Below, piece after piece: positions 27,561-38,410 of a stretch of DNA of 64,000 bases; within the stretch, counting starts at the first letter, position 1; each line of letters opens with the position of its first letter. The stretch is from IMG/VR virus record IMGVR_UViG_2823817231_000001, positions 1 to 64,000 of that record; one strand, 5' to 3'. A program made the translations under genes and the position numbers. The notes below the pieces were generated by a model, which did not search any database, had not been told where the DNA came from, and saw only the letters and a program-made list of their open reading frames with translations. Source of the stretch: a virus (taxonomy: Duplodnaviria > Caudoviricetes).

Positions 27561-30281
27561 TTGGCCGTCAAACCCCTCGTCCTTGTCCTTAGCGGCCAGA
27601 CCGATAAGCTGAAGGCGGCGCTGCGTTCGGCCCAGACGGACGTTGCCGACACCAGCAAGAGCATCGGCGAGGTGCTGGAAGGCATTCAGGAAAAGGTCCG
27701 CAACTCGCTGGCCGATGCAGGCAATAACGCCGGGGAGCAGATCGGGCGCAATATCGCCCGGCAGGTCAAAGAATGGCAACGCGCGGCGGCCAGCGCCACG
27801 GCATCCGGCGGTGCTGTTGATCCCTTTGGCGGGCTGACGTCAGCCTCCGTTCTGGAGCGCGCCGCCGCGCAGGATCGTCTGGCCGCATCACTGCGCGAAC
27901 AGGCCGCCGCCGCCGATAAGGCGGAAGGGTCCAACACGCGCGAGGCGCAGGCGCTGCGCCAAGTCGGCATTTCGGCCGGGATCGCTGCCATGGAGGCCGA
28001 CCGGGAAGCCGAATCCCTGCGCGTGCAGGCTGGAGTGCTGGCCTCCATGGAGCAGGCGCTTGGCCGTCATACCAATGCCCAGCGGCAGGTTGCGCAGGTC
28101 AGCGGTGCCACCCGCAACGCCATGCGCGATCTGAGTTTTCAGGTGTCCGATGTGGCCACCAGCCTGTCAGGCGGGATGCCGCCCATGATGGTTTTCAGCC
28201 AGCAGTTTGGCCAGATTGTCGGCGCCTTTCAGATGATGGAGGGCGAAGGCAGCGCGGTCATTAAATTCCTGTCCGGCCCTTGGGGCATGGCTCTTTCCAC
28301 GGCGGCCGTCGCCATCGTGCCCTTGCTGGGTCATCTCGACATCTTCAATGACAAGGTGGGAGATGCGGCCAAAAAGCTGAAGGATCAGGCCGAAAGCACC
28401 AAGATTGCCGATCAGGCGCAGGCCGTGTTTGACGCTACGCTCGACGGTGCCATCGCCAGAGAGAAAAAGCTGGGCGACGAACTGGACCGTCAGCTCAAGA
28501 CGCGTCGGCAGATCCTACAGCTTCAGGTTGCCAACAATGAGCAAAGCCAAGCTGAACTGGCCAATCAGGTATCCGCCGCCCGCAAAGAGTTGCAGGTCGC
28601 ACTTGCGGAACAGCAGAAGGCCAACGCCCGGCCCGCCAATGGTGAGGCCGCGCGTGCATCACGGGATTCGGCCATTCAAACGGCTGACAAGCGCGTGGCC
28701 GATGCACGAAAGAATTTGTATGATGCCCAGACAGCGGAATTGAATGCCGAAACCGATGTGCGCAAGGCTCGCGGTTTGCAGATTGCGCAGGCTGCAAAGG
28801 ATGCCGCCACTCCGCAGGGCAAGAAATTGGCCGATCTCGATAAGCGCGCGGATTCGCTGACCGATCGCTTTGGCAAGGGCTTGATCAGCGAGGCTGAATA
28901 TTCCTCGCAGATGGACGCCATTGAGAAAGCGCGGGATGCCGCCAAGCAGAAGCCCAAGAAAGACACAACGGCCGCACGCGATGCCGAGGCCGAAAAGAAG
29001 TCTGATGCGGCTTATGATGATGCCTATGCGCGCAGCCTTACCGAGCTTGCCACAATTGCGCGCCAGAATGTCACCGATCTGGAAGAGCTGGGGCGTCTGG
29101 ACAAGGCAGCCGTCGATTTCGCGCGCGAGCGTGAGCGCCGGGCAACTGAGGAGCAAGGGCGCCGGGAAAAGTGGAGCCGGGCCGATATCGACGCCTTGCA
29201 GTATAAGCAAGGCGAGGTGGCCGAGGCCAAAAAAGCCCAGATCGATGAACGTGCCAAGCGCGATGTTGCAGACCGCTGGATCGAAGTTCAGCGCAATGCC
29301 CTTGGCCTCGAAACGCAGCTTTTGCAGGCCCAGTCCGGTTTGGCGCTGACTACGGCTGAGCGGCGCACGCTGGCGCTTCAGATCCTCGAAAATGAGCGCA
29401 AGCAGGCGATCCTTGCCGTCGACAAGAAGGTCACCGATGGCCAACTGACCGGCGATCAGGGCATGGCTGAAATCGGCAACATCAACCAGACCTTTGACCT
29501 GCGCCGGACGCGGACCGAACAGCAGAACGCCGGGCCGATGGCCACCTATCGGCAGCAGCTGCGCGCATCGACCGCCGATATGAACGCCTCGCTCGAAGGG
29601 GTGAAGGTCGATGGCCTGAAGGGGCTGGAAGACGGCCTTGTCGGGCTGGTGTCGGGCACGGAAACCGCCGCCGGCGCATTCAAGCGAATGGCGGCCAGCA
29701 TCATCGCCGATCTGGCGCGGATTGCCATACAAAGGACGATCCTGTCGGTCATCGGCGTTGGCCTGTCCACCGGGGGCAAGGTTACCGGCCGCGCCTCGGG
29801 CGGCCTTCTCGGCTTCGCGCTGGGCGGTCTGCCGGGCTATGCGGGCGGGGTGCGCCTATCGAGCGGGATGATTTCCGGGCCGGGCACGGGCACCAGCGAC
29901 AGCATCCTTGCGTTGGTCAACGGATCGCGCCCCATCGCGGTTTCAAATGAAGAGGGCATCGTCAACGCGCAGGCGGTGCGTAATTACTGGCCGATGATCG
30001 ACGCGATGAACAAGGGCACCTTCCCGCGCTTTGCCGATGGCGGCCTGCTCTCGGCCGCAACGCTGTCCTATCCGCGCATCCCCACCGCCAAGTCGCTCGC
30101 GCCCATGGGCCAGACGGTCCACCAGTATTTCAACATCGACGCCAGAAACGGCATTCTGGCTAATGAACTGATGGAGACCTTCACGCAAATCTCCGCCCAG
30201 CATGCCAGCTCCGCGCTGGCCGCCGCGCCCGGCCTGACGCAACAGCGCATGCAGCAGCGCGCCGAACAAAGGATCTCCTGA
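27561..30281 (+). CDS. Tape measure protein
   Basis: 906 aa Ala-rich helical; QVSDVATSLSGG...QQFGQI; GPGTGTSDSILA. Confidence 0.9.
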   Translation: MAVKPLVLVLSGQTDKLKAALRSAQTDVADTSKSIGEVLEGIQEKVRNSLADAGNNAGEQIGRNIARQVKEWQRAAASATASGGAVDPFGGLTSASVLERAAAQDRLAASLREQAAAADKAEGSNTREAQALRQVGISAGIAAMEADREAESLRVQAGVLASMEQALGRHTNAQRQVAQVSGATRNAMRDLSFQVSDVATSLSGGMPPMMVFSQQFGQIVGAFQMMEGEGSAVIKFLSGPWGMALSTAAVAIVPLLGHLDIFNDKVGDAAKKLKDQAESTKIADQAQAVFDATLDGAIAREKKLGDELDRQLKTRRQILQLQVANNEQSQAELANQVSAARKELQVALAEQQKANARPANGEAARASRDSAIQTADKRVADARKNLYDAQTAELNAETDVRKARGLQIAQAAKDAATPQGKKLADLDKRADSLTDRFGKGLISEAEYSSQMDAIEKARDAAKQKPKKDTTAARDAEAEKKSDAAYDDAYARSLTELATIARQNVTDLEELGRLDKAAVDFARERERRATEEQGRREKWSRADIDALQYKQGEVAEAKKAQIDERAKRDVADRWIEVQRNALGLETQLLQAQSGLALTTAERRTLALQILENERKQAILAVDKKVTDGQLTGDQGMAEIGNINQTFDLRRTRTEQQNAGPMATYRQQLRASTADMNASLEGVKVDGLKGLEDGLVGLVSGTETAAGAFKRMAASIIADLARIAIQRTILSVIGVGLSTGGKVTGRASGGLLGFALGGLPGYAGGVRLSSGMISGPGTGTSDSILALVNGSRPIAVSNEEGIVNAQAVRNYWPMIDAMNKGTFPRFADGGLLSAATLSYPRIPTAKSLAPMGQTVHQYFNIDARNGILANELMETFTQISAQHASSALAAAPGLTQQRMQQRAEQRIS

Positions 30282-30886
30282 TGACCGACCCCATCATGTT
30301 GCCCCGCAAGCGTGGGGTGAAGGTGGACAAGGTCCACTTTGTCGATTTTGGGGGCCAGTTGAAACCCTTCATGGGCGGCCCGGTGCAGACCCTTCTGCGC
30401 CTCGGCTCACGCTTTGCGTTGGAGGTGACCATTCCCCTGATGCGCGCCGAACCCGATGGCCGCATCTGGGCCTCACGCCTGACGCAGGCCAAGATCTTTG
30501 GCGCGGCGATGCATTTTCGTCAGGACGGCCTGACCATCGGCCTGCCCGGTTCGCCGGTGGTCGATGGCGCGGGCCAGACCGGCTTTGCCATCGCCCTGCG
30601 CGGCCTGCGCCCGTCCTATGCCATCCGCGAAGGGCAGGCTGTTCCCATTGTCACCGCGAATCGCCGCTATCTCTACTTCGCCGCGCAAACCACCGTGGCC
30701 GACAGTGATGGCAATGCCACCGTGCCGATCTATCCGATGCTGCGCCGCAGCCCCTTGGACGGCGATGCCTGCGAAATCGCGGCGCCGATCATTCAGGGCA
30801 GCATCAGCGGCAACGAATTGGCTTGGGCCCGCCTCGCCGCGCCTTTCCATGATTTCGGCACGATCATCATCGCAGAGGACGAATAA
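30281..30886 (+). CDS. Distal tail protein-like
   Basis: Synteny after TMP. Confidence 0.65.
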   Translation: MTDPIMLPRKRGVKVDKVHFVDFGGQLKPFMGGPVQTLLRLGSRFALEVTIPLMRAEPDGRIWASRLTQAKIFGAAMHFRQDGLTIGLPGSPVVDGAGQTGFAIALRGLRPSYAIREGQAVPIVTANRRYLYFAAQTTVADSDGNATVPIYPMLRRSPLDGDACEIAAPIIQGSISGNELAWARLAAPFHDFGTIIIAEDE

Positions 30887-30889
30887 GCC

Positions 30890-31528
30890 ATGTCGCAATT
30901 ACCGCCCGCCATGTCCGCTGCGCTGGCGGACAATCGGGTGTTGCTGTTCGGCGCGGCACGGATCGCTCTGCCCGATTACACCATCCGCCTTCTCGATGGT
31001 TCGGGCGCGCTGATGATCGGTGGCGAACTCTATCAGGGCCGCGATGATGTCTATGGCGTGCTGGATACAATCGAGGGCATCGAGGAGAGCCTGAGCGAGG
31101 AAACGCCCACGCTCTCCATCGGCCTGATCCCGGCCACCGATACCGCGCTGGCCGCTCTGGTTGATCCGGCGGTGCAGGGGTCCGAGGTGCAGGTCATGGT
31201 GGGCGTGGTGGATCTGTCCACCGGCCAGCCTGTGGCCACGCCTTATCAGGTGTTTGTGGGTGAGCTGGACGTGCCCACGATCACCTGGGGCGAAAATGAC
31301 CGCCGCCTTGAATATCGCGTCAACAGTGTGGGCGAGCGCTTCTTTCAGATCGAGGAAGGCCGCCGCCTGTCCAGCGCTTTTCATCAAAGCGTATGGCCCG
31401 GCGAAAAAGGGCTCGATTACTGCACCGATGTCGAAATCACCCTCGCATGGGGGCAGGCCGTCGATAATTCCGTTGTTTACACCCGGTCGAACCTGCCGGG
31501 CTATGCCGAGACGTTCAACCGCACATGA
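30890..31528 (+). CDS. Tail tip/hub protein
   Basis: HQSVWPGEKGLDY motif; synteny. Confidence 0.65.
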   Translation: MSQLPPAMSAALADNRVLLFGAARIALPDYTIRLLDGSGALMIGGELYQGRDDVYGVLDTIEGIEESLSEETPTLSIGLIPATDTALAALVDPAVQGSEVQVMVGVVDLSTGQPVATPYQVFVGELDVPTITWGENDRRLEYRVNSVGERFFQIEEGRRLSSAFHQSVWPGEKGLDYCTDVEITLAWGQAVDNSVVYTRSNLPGYAETFNRT

Positions 31529-31992
31529 CCGAACATTCGTTGATCCTGCGCGCCCGCGCGGCTCAGGCCACGCTGGACGAATGGAAGGTGCGCGCCTTCC
31601 GCCTTGGCGAGGCCGATTGCGCCCGCCTCACCGCCTCGCATCTGCGCCGCCTTGGCCATCGTATCAAGCTGCCCCCGGCGCGGTCCTATCGCACGGTTAA
31701 ATCGGCCGAGGCGGCGCTGGACAAGCTGGGCCTGACCACCATGGCCGACGCGCTCGATGCGCTGGGCTTTGAACGCATCGCCCCCGCCGCCGCGCTGGTG
31801 GGCGATATTATCCAGATGCCCGGCGATCCCGATGGCGTGGCGGCATCGGACCGTCTGGCGGCGTTGACCGTGGCCTTGGGCAATGGGCGCGTGGTGGGCT
31901 GGCACCCCGACGCGCCGGGCGGGGCCGTGGTGATGCAGCCGCTGGATATGGTGATGGCATGGCGCGTTGAACCGAAAGGGGCGGCCAAGTGA
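31525..31992 (+). CDS. NlpC/P60-like tail assembly protein
   Basis: FRLGEADCARL...ALVGDII. Confidence 0.65.
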   Translation: MTEHSLILRARAAQATLDEWKVRAFRLGEADCARLTASHLRRLGHRIKLPPARSYRTVKSAEAALDKLGLTTMADALDALGFERIAPAAALVGDIIQMPGDPDGVAASDRLAALTVALGNGRVVGWHPDAPGGAVVMQPLDMVMAWRVEPKGAAK

Positions 31993-34310
31993 AAGTGCTG
32001 AAGGTCGCGGCTATCGTGGTCACGGCGGCGGTATTGGTGGCCACGGGCGTGGGCATCGCGGCCGGGGCAATGGTGGCCGGTGGCGGGCTTAGCGCCGCCT
32101 TCAGTGCAGGCGTCGCCATGACGCTGGGCGCTGGCGGTCTGGGCCTTTCCAGCGGTCTGGCCATGTCGATCGCGCTGACATCGGCGGCAATCGCGGCCAG
32201 TACCGCCTTGGAGGCCCTCTATCCAAAGCCCAGTACCGGGGGCAGCCAGACCAAATGGAAGGCCGACCCCTATGCGGGCATCCCCTATGTGATGGGCCGG
32301 ACGCTGGTGGCGGGCAATATCGTGGCCAAGCTGCTGCGCGGCTCGGCCAATGAGTTTCTGGGCATGGCCACGGTGCTCTCGCTGGGCCCGATCCATGGCT
32401 ATGAAGCCAGCTTCATGAACAAGACCACGATGACGTGGATGGTGCGCGATCCGCTCAATTCCGTGGGCATGGCCGAGGCATCGAACGGGTTTCGCGGCTA
32501 TATCTGGGAACAGCGGACGCTGGGCCTCTGCCCTGAAACCTATGCGCCCGGCTGGTCCGATGGCTTCACCGGGTGGAACAATGACAACAAGCTGTCCGGC
32601 CTCGCCTCGGTCTTCAACATCTTCTGCTATAATTCCAAGGCGTCCGACACGCTCACCAGCGTTCCCACGCCCGGTTGGCTGGTCAATGGCGTGCTGGTCT
32701 ATGATCCGCGTTTGGACAGCACCTATCCGGGCGGTTCGGGTTCCTGCCGCGCGCTGGATGAATCGACCTATGTTTACAGCGAGAACCCCCACCTTCACGC
32801 GCTGACCTGGTGCCTAGGTCGGTGGCAAAACGGGGTGCGCGTGGCGGGCCTTGGCGCGCCGATCAACCGCATCAACGTGGCCAGCTTTGTCGAGGGCGCG
32901 AACCTTGATGATGCGCGCGGGTGGAAGTTGGGCGGACAGGTTTACACCCGGCCTGATACGCAGTGGAACAGCCTGAAGGCGATGCTTCAGGCTGGCGGTG
33001 CACGGCCATCTCTGGCGGGTGGCATCATCACCGCGATCAACCGCGCGCCCCGTGTCTCGCTGGCCACGATCACCCATGCCGACATCATCGGCAAATGCAC
33101 CTTTTCGGGCACGCAAAAGCGGAAAACTCGGATCAACGGCATCATCCCGCAATACCGGTCCGAAGCGCATGATTGGGAAATGGTCAGCGCCAAGCTGGTG
33201 CAGGTGGCCGCCTATGTCACCGCCGATGGCGGCGAGCGGACCAAGGAAATCAGCTATCCGCTGGTGCAGGATGTGCATCAGGTGGCGCAGCTGGCCGCCT
33301 ATGACATCTGCGATGCGCGCGAGGCGGGGCCGGGCTCGATCCCGCTCAAACCGGCATGGATGAATTACGCCATCGGCGATTGCGTAACGTTTCAGCCGGA
33401 GCCGGGATGGTCGATCAAATGCCTGATCACCGGGCGCCATATCGACCCGTCCAACGGCTCGATCACCTATACCGTGCAGGGCGAAACCGATGGCAAGCAC
33501 GCCTTTGCCCTGGGAGAGACGGGCGTGGCGCCGCCGATTGCCAGCCTGACCTATGACGATCCTCTGGCCGCGCCCGGTGCGGATTGGGCGCTGGCAGGAA
33601 CCACGCTGACGGCGACGGACGGCACAACCGTCCCGGCGCTGGTGCTGACCGGCGATGTCAGCAACACCACGGCCGAGGCGGTGGTGGTCGAATATCGGCT
33701 CTATGTCTCGACGGCGGGCGATGATGACAACTGGATTTCGGCCAGCATCGACGCGCCCACGATCACCCGCAAGGAAATCACCCAGGTCACCAGCGGCACC
33801 GACTATCAGGTCAGCGTCCGCTATCGCTCACGCGGGCGGCTGGGCGCGCGCTCGATCTATGGCCCGGTCACAGCGGGCGCGCTGGCGGTCAATGGCGGCA
33901 CGGTGTTGCCCGGCACCATCGACACGCCCCAGCTTGCCATCGGATCGGTCACCGATTCCGTGCGCGTCCTGCCCGCCACCAGCTTTTACGGAACCGGCGG
34001 CTGGGTCACGGTGGCCACGCTCAATGTCGTTCTCGATACCGATGCGCAGGTCGATATTCAGGCCAACGCCGAACAGGGCTTCAGCTCGGGCAGCCGCGAC
34101 TGGGGTTTCCGCGTCAAGGTCGATGGCACAATCGTCAAGGAATATGCCTTTGGCGGCAGCCGTACCGCCCTGACCGAAATCCTGACCATCCTGCGTACCG
34201 GCCTCGATCTGCTGGCCGGAACCCGCGTGATCACGCTGGAGCATGCAGGGACCGACAGCACGGTGGTCATCCGATCTATCGACATGACAGCCACAAGGAG
34301 GAGCGCATGA
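31989..34310 (+). CDS. Central tail fibre/host-specificity (gpJ-like) protein
   Basis: IPYVMGRT, VYDPRLDST, YSENP; FN3-like C-terminus. Confidence 0.82.
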   Translation: MKVLKVAAIVVTAAVLVATGVGIAAGAMVAGGGLSAAFSAGVAMTLGAGGLGLSSGLAMSIALTSAAIAASTALEALYPKPSTGGSQTKWKADPYAGIPYVMGRTLVAGNIVAKLLRGSANEFLGMATVLSLGPIHGYEASFMNKTTMTWMVRDPLNSVGMAEASNGFRGYIWEQRTLGLCPETYAPGWSDGFTGWNNDNKLSGLASVFNIFCYNSKASDTLTSVPTPGWLVNGVLVYDPRLDSTYPGGSGSCRALDESTYVYSENPHLHALTWCLGRWQNGVRVAGLGAPINRINVASFVEGANLDDARGWKLGGQVYTRPDTQWNSLKAMLQAGGARPSLAGGIITAINRAPRVSLATITHADIIGKCTFSGTQKRKTRINGIIPQYRSEAHDWEMVSAKLVQVAAYVTADGGERTKEISYPLVQDVHQVAQLAAYDICDAREAGPGSIPLKPAWMNYAIGDCVTFQPEPGWSIKCLITGRHIDPSNGSITYTVQGETDGKHAFALGETGVAPPIASLTYDDPLAAPGADWALAGTTLTATDGTTVPALVLTGDVSNTTAEAVVVEYRLYVSTAGDDDNWISASIDAPTITRKEITQVTSGTDYQVSVRYRSRGRLGARSIYGPVTAGALAVNGGTVLPGTIDTPQLAIGSVTDSVRVLPATSFYGTGGWVTVATLNVVLDTDAQVDIQANAEQGFSSGSRDWGFRVKVDGTIVKEYAFGGSRTALTEILTILRTGLDLLAGTRVITLEHAGTDSTVVIRSIDMTATRRSA

Positions 34311-34471
34311 TGTTTGCCATAGGCCGACCCGGCGAAATGCCGCGGTGCTGGATCGAGGCGCGGCGGCGCGAACAGGCTGAGGCCCAGCTGCTGCCCGATG
34401 AAGTGCTGTCCGACGATGTGGCGATGGGCGAGGACGGGCGCCCGGTGCCTGCCGCCCTGCCCGCAAACTGA
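34307..34471 (+). CDS. Small tail-region protein
   Basis: 54-aa ORF coupled to gpJ-like gene, AGGAGG RBS. Confidence 0.5.
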   Translation: MMFAIGRPGEMPRCWIEARRREQAEAQLLPDEVLSDDVAMGEDGRPVPAALPAN

Positions 34472-34481
34472 GGAACCGAAC

Positions 34482-34910
34482 ATGAGCATCTTTTTCGAAC
34501 GCGGCATTGTCGCGTGGCGGCGTGTGCCCTTTGGCGGCGCGAGCGGCGATGCCGATATCGTGGTGCTGGGCCTCGACTGGTCGGATGCCACCTATGCCAT
34601 GCAGATCCGCGCGGCGCCGGGCGATACGGGTGATCCGCTGGTGTCGCTGGCCAATGCCGCCGCCGGATCGCAGGGGATCAGCGCCGCCTATGATGCGGAC
34701 TATGTCCACCCGATCACCGGGGCGACGGTGGGCGCCACCACCATCCGGCCGCAGATCGATGAAACGACGATGGAGGGCTTGCCGGTCAATCCCGATGACC
34801 CGGCCAGCCCGATTTATCTGTGGTGGGACATGCATGTGACGGCGGCAGGATTGCCCAAAGCCGTCTTTTGTCAGGGCAAATTTACTGTTGATCCGGGGGT
34901 TACGATCTGA
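34482..34910 (+). CDS. Spike adaptor/baseplate-like protein
   Basis: YAMQIRAAPG...WWDMHV...GKFTVDPGVT; upstream of spike. Confidence 0.6.
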   Translation: MSIFFERGIVAWRRVPFGGASGDADIVVLGLDWSDATYAMQIRAAPGDTGDPLVSLANAAAGSQGISAAYDADYVHPITGATVGATTIRPQIDETTMEGLPVNPDDPASPIYLWWDMHVTAAGLPKAVFCQGKFTVDPGVTI

Positions 34911-37834
34911 TGGCCGTCTTTGTCGATGCAACCAACGCTCAGCCGACCGTGCTGGCGATCAGCGAGAACACCGCAGAAGCCACCCGGCAGGCGGGTCTGG
35001 CCATGGCCCGCGCCATGGCGGCGCAAACGGCGCAAACGGGTGCAGAGACGGCGCGCGATGCCGCCTCCGCCAGCGCGACGGCGGCCGACAGCAGCAAGAC
35101 CGCCGCGCAGACCGCACGCACCGGTGCAGAGACGGCGCGCGATGCTGCCTCTGCCAGCGCGACGGCGGCCGACAGCAGCAAGACCGCAGCGCAGACCGCG
35201 CGCACCGGCGCGGAAACGGCGCGCGATGCCGCCTCTGCCAGCGCGACCTCGGCCGACACCAGCAAGACCGCCGCGCAGACCGCGCGCACGGGTTCTGAAA
35301 CCGCGCGTGATGCCGCCGCCGCCAGCGCGACAGCGGCAGATGCCAGCAAGACCACGGCGCAGGCTGCGCTGACCTCGGTGCAGGCTATCCAGTCCACTCT
35401 GCCCTTCCCCTATCGCGCCACACGGGCGGCGGCGCAGGCGGACAGCACGCTGGCCAATGGCGCTTGGTATGTTTCGGACGAAACCGGCGTGCTGAAAATG
35501 TACAGCAAGACCAGTTCCTCCGCGTCTGTCGATAGAGGGGCGGTTTCCACACCGGGTTATACCGACCGCCTGAAGCCGCGCACCGTGATTCCTACGCAGG
35601 ATCGCGGTGCGGATGGCAGTGGAGCGGGAACGACTACGTCTATGGCGGCGGACCAAGCCGGTTTCTTGGCCTCGGTGAATGAGATTGTAGCTTCGCGCAA
35701 CAATCTGCCGACCGGCATCAATGACCTTTTCCAGTTCCAAAACGGTATGGAGCTGGATCCCGGCATTTATGATGCTGGCGACTTCACCATGGCTGACTGC
35801 AAGCTGTGGATGAAGGCACGTATTCCGGGCACTGTGTTCATTCGTATCCCGGCAGGCAAGTACTTCCTGACTGTCACCGGGCAGGTGATGGGCATGTATG
35901 TCGACGGCATCGTATTCATGGGCGGTAAGGGAGCACTCAAGTTCACCCGGACCAGTACCAACGCCTGCCAGAATATGCGGATCACGAATTGCTATCTTGC
36001 CAATTACACCGAATGCGGGATCGGCAATTCCAGTGCTGATATGCCCTTCCTAAAAGTCGATAATACCCAGCTTGGCGGCAGTGGTGCAATCTGTGGTATC
36101 GCATGGGGTGGGTATGTTGATCAGTTGGCCATCAAAGATTGCGCCATTGGTGGTAATGACTACGGCGTCGCCATAGGTCCGCGCCTGTCGGCCAATTATA
36201 ATCTCGATACGATTGACTTCATTGGCAATCGCAAGGCTGATATTTGGCTTAAGCCGAACATTGACGGTGGCTCCGGTCTTTCTTCGGTGGCTGGATGGGG
36301 TGCAGGCATCAAACGAATTAAATACGGAAATGAGCTTCAGACCAGCGGAAGCCCGTACCCGCGCATTCTAATCGCCAATGAGGACACGTCCGATTCCACC
36401 AAATGGCGTGGCAGCTATCCGCCGCTGACCTCGGGCGCTGGATCTGACGCCGGATTCCTGATCCTGCCCACAATCATGCATAACCATATCAACCAGATCA
36501 GCCCTTGGTATGGTCCGTTCATCCGTTCCTATATTTCCAACCTTCAATATGGCTTGATGGAGAACAACAAGTTCAACGGCGGCACCAATACATATTTCAT
36601 TGAGTTTCCGAACGGGCGGACTGCGAATTACACCAACAGCAACAGCCATTTCATCTTCCGTGAAGGTGACGGCTCTGTGCCGACTGCATTTTCCACGCAT
36701 GTTATTGGGCGGATGGAAGATCACGCATCGTTCTGGCCGGGCGACCCCAGCGCCATTCCGGTTTATCCCGTCAGCGACAATCCCAATCTGAAGGTGATCG
36801 GCAACGGGCTTGGTCCGTCGCTGCGAACGATTTACGGCACCGGAACGACCACCGCCGTGGCCGATCCCTATGGCGGTATGGATTTCGAGATTGTCACCGC
36901 AACCAACACGAACAGCGGCGCGGGCAAATACATCAGCCTTGACGGCACCAACCTTGCGTCTGGCGGGATGATCTTTGTCGAGATCGCTTTGCAGCAGGCC
37001 CCGACCCATAGCGTTTCGCGCGTGCTGATCGAGCTGGTGAACTATTCGTCGCCATCGGTTTGGGCATTTCAGCGCTATATCCCGTTGCCCGCTAATCTTG
37101 GCCGCTTCCTGCTGCCTATCTATGTGCCCCCGAATGCCAATCCGGGGAGCTGGCAGTTGAAATGCTATTCCGTGAGTGCCGATGTGGTTTCGGGCACCAC
37201 GGACCAGTTCATCATCGGCGATATGATCGTGAACAGCGGCGGCGGCCGGATCGGGCGCGACAAGGCTCTGACGCGGTGGCCGGTGGCTCCGCGCAATCAG
37301 ACGATGCTTGGCGGTGCGCAGTCCACATGGCCTACCGGATGGTCGCAGGCCAACCTCAATGGGCTGGCGGGTCTGACCACAACCATCAACAGCGTGGGTG
37401 TGGATGCGGATGGCGATTATATCGAAGTGGCGGTTTCCGGCACGACAAGCGCATCGGGTGGATGGGCTGTCTATCTGGAGCCGACCCGCGCCCTCAATGT
37501 TGTCAACGGCCAGCATTGGCAATGGTACAACAAGATCAAGCTGGTTTCCGGGAGCCTCAGCACCGCCTTCAGCGGGAGCGGCACGGATAGCACAACCGGC
37601 CAGATGCTGATGCAATGGGAAACGCATGATTCCAGCGATACGGTTGTCGGGACTACATTGAAAACCGCATTCACCCCGACCGGCACGATTGCCAATTTCG
37701 GCCATGCCAAATGGAACGGCTTCAATGGTGCCACCGCTTGGGTCCGCCCATATTTGAGCATGACCTTCCCGAACAGCACGGCGGTTTCCTTTGTCTTGCG
37801 GATCTACCAGCCGATGATCCGGAGGCTGGCATAA
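34910..37834 (+). CDS. Tail spike/receptor-binding protein, probable beta-helix depolymerase
   Basis: Ala/Thr repeat stalk; LDPGIY...IPAGKYF beta-helix start; Gly/Asn/aromatic-rich lower-GC C-terminus. Confidence 0.75.
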   Translation: MAVFVDATNAQPTVLAISENTAEATRQAGLAMARAMAAQTAQTGAETARDAASASATAADSSKTAAQTARTGAETARDAASASATAADSSKTAAQTARTGAETARDAASASATSADTSKTAAQTARTGSETARDAAAASATAADASKTTAQAALTSVQAIQSTLPFPYRATRAAAQADSTLANGAWYVSDETGVLKMYSKTSSSASVDRGAVSTPGYTDRLKPRTVIPTQDRGADGSGAGTTTSMAADQAGFLASVNEIVASRNNLPTGINDLFQFQNGMELDPGIYDAGDFTMADCKLWMKARIPGTVFIRIPAGKYFLTVTGQVMGMYVDGIVFMGGKGALKFTRTSTNACQNMRITNCYLANYTECGIGNSSADMPFLKVDNTQLGGSGAICGIAWGGYVDQLAIKDCAIGGNDYGVAIGPRLSANYNLDTIDFIGNRKADIWLKPNIDGGSGLSSVAGWGAGIKRIKYGNELQTSGSPYPRILIANEDTSDSTKWRGSYPPLTSGAGSDAGFLILPTIMHNHINQISPWYGPFIRSYISNLQYGLMENNKFNGGTNTYFIEFPNGRTANYTNSNSHFIFREGDGSVPTAFSTHVIGRMEDHASFWPGDPSAIPVYPVSDNPNLKVIGNGLGPSLRTIYGTGTTTAVADPYGGMDFEIVTATNTNSGAGKYISLDGTNLASGGMIFVEIALQQAPTHSVSRVLIELVNYSSPSVWAFQRYIPLPANLGRFLLPIYVPPNANPGSWQLKCYSVSADVVSGTTDQFIIGDMIVNSGGGRIGRDKALTRWPVAPRNQTMLGGAQSTWPTGWSQANLNGLAGLTTTINSVGVDADGDYIEVAVSGTTSASGGWAVYLEPTRALNVVNGQHWQWYNKIKLVSGSLSTAFSGSGTDSTTGQMLMQWETHDSSDTVVGTTLKTAFTPTGTIANFGHAKWNGFNGATAWVRPYLSMTFPNSTAVSFVLRIYQPMIRRLA
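35018..35353 (+). repeat. Four tandem 84-bp (28-aa) repeats
   Basis: AAQTARTGAETARDAASASATAADSSKT units; TGCAGAGACG at 35041 and 35125. Confidence 0.92.
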
Positions 37835-37870
37835 TCCACCACCCGTAAAATCGAGCCTTCAATTTTTGCG

Positions 37871-37891
37871 CCGCCTTTGGGCGGTTTTTTT
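37871..37891 (+). terminator. Terminator after tail spike
   Basis: CCGCC-TTTG-GGCGG-T7. Confidence 0.7.
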
Positions 37892-37913
37892 GTGTCCAGG
37901 GGGACCGCGCTCA

Positions 37914-38222
37914 ATGGCTGAAATACCGCAAATTCCTGCCGAATATGTCTGGACCGGCGCCGGTGGCGTGCTGGGGCGCCTGATGTTTCATGCCCGCGAG
38001 GTCCAGCGCGGGCGGCGCAAGCCATGGTCGGGCGCCCTGCTCTACGATGTGCCGATCGCGCTGGGCATGGGGTGGAGCGCCTATGGCGCCTGCGTCTGGG
38101 CCCATCTGGCCATCCAGCCCTCGGTCACCGCCGCCATCCTCGCCAGTTACCTCGGGCCCTACACGCTCGACCGCATGATCGGCCGGGTTGCCGACAGATA
38201 CCTTGGGGGAAAATCCGCATGA
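37914..38222 (+). CDS. Holin
   Basis: Multiple TM helices; GGVLGRLMFHAREVQRGRR...YLGP. Confidence 0.75.
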   Translation: MAEIPQIPAEYVWTGAGGVLGRLMFHAREVQRGRRKPWSGALLYDVPIALGMGWSAYGACVWAHLAIQPSVTAAILASYLGPYTLDRMIGRVADRYLGGKSA

Positions 38223-38410
38223 ACTGGATCAAGCGCAAGTGGGCCGAGGTTTCGACCAAGGCCGGGACGGTCATCATCGCCGTTGCGGGCTATCTGGCCG
38301 AGGTGGCGCCGCAATATGCCGGGTTTGACCGGCGCATCGCCTATGCCGGGATCGCGGCCGGGGCGGTGCTGGTGGCGATCCGTGAGAAGGTCAAGACCGA
38401 TGGCCAGTAA
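38219..38410 (+). CDS. Small two-TM membrane protein (holin-like)
   Basis: 63 aa, two hydrophobic helices. Confidence 0.55.
   Translation: MNWIKRKWAEVSTKAGTVIIAVAGYLAEVAPQYAGFDRRIAYAGIAAGAVLVAIREKVKTDGQ

Noticed and set aside
35018-35353. Tandem repeats as a CRISPR array
   Set aside because: Contiguous in-frame coding repeats with no unique spacers and no cas genes.
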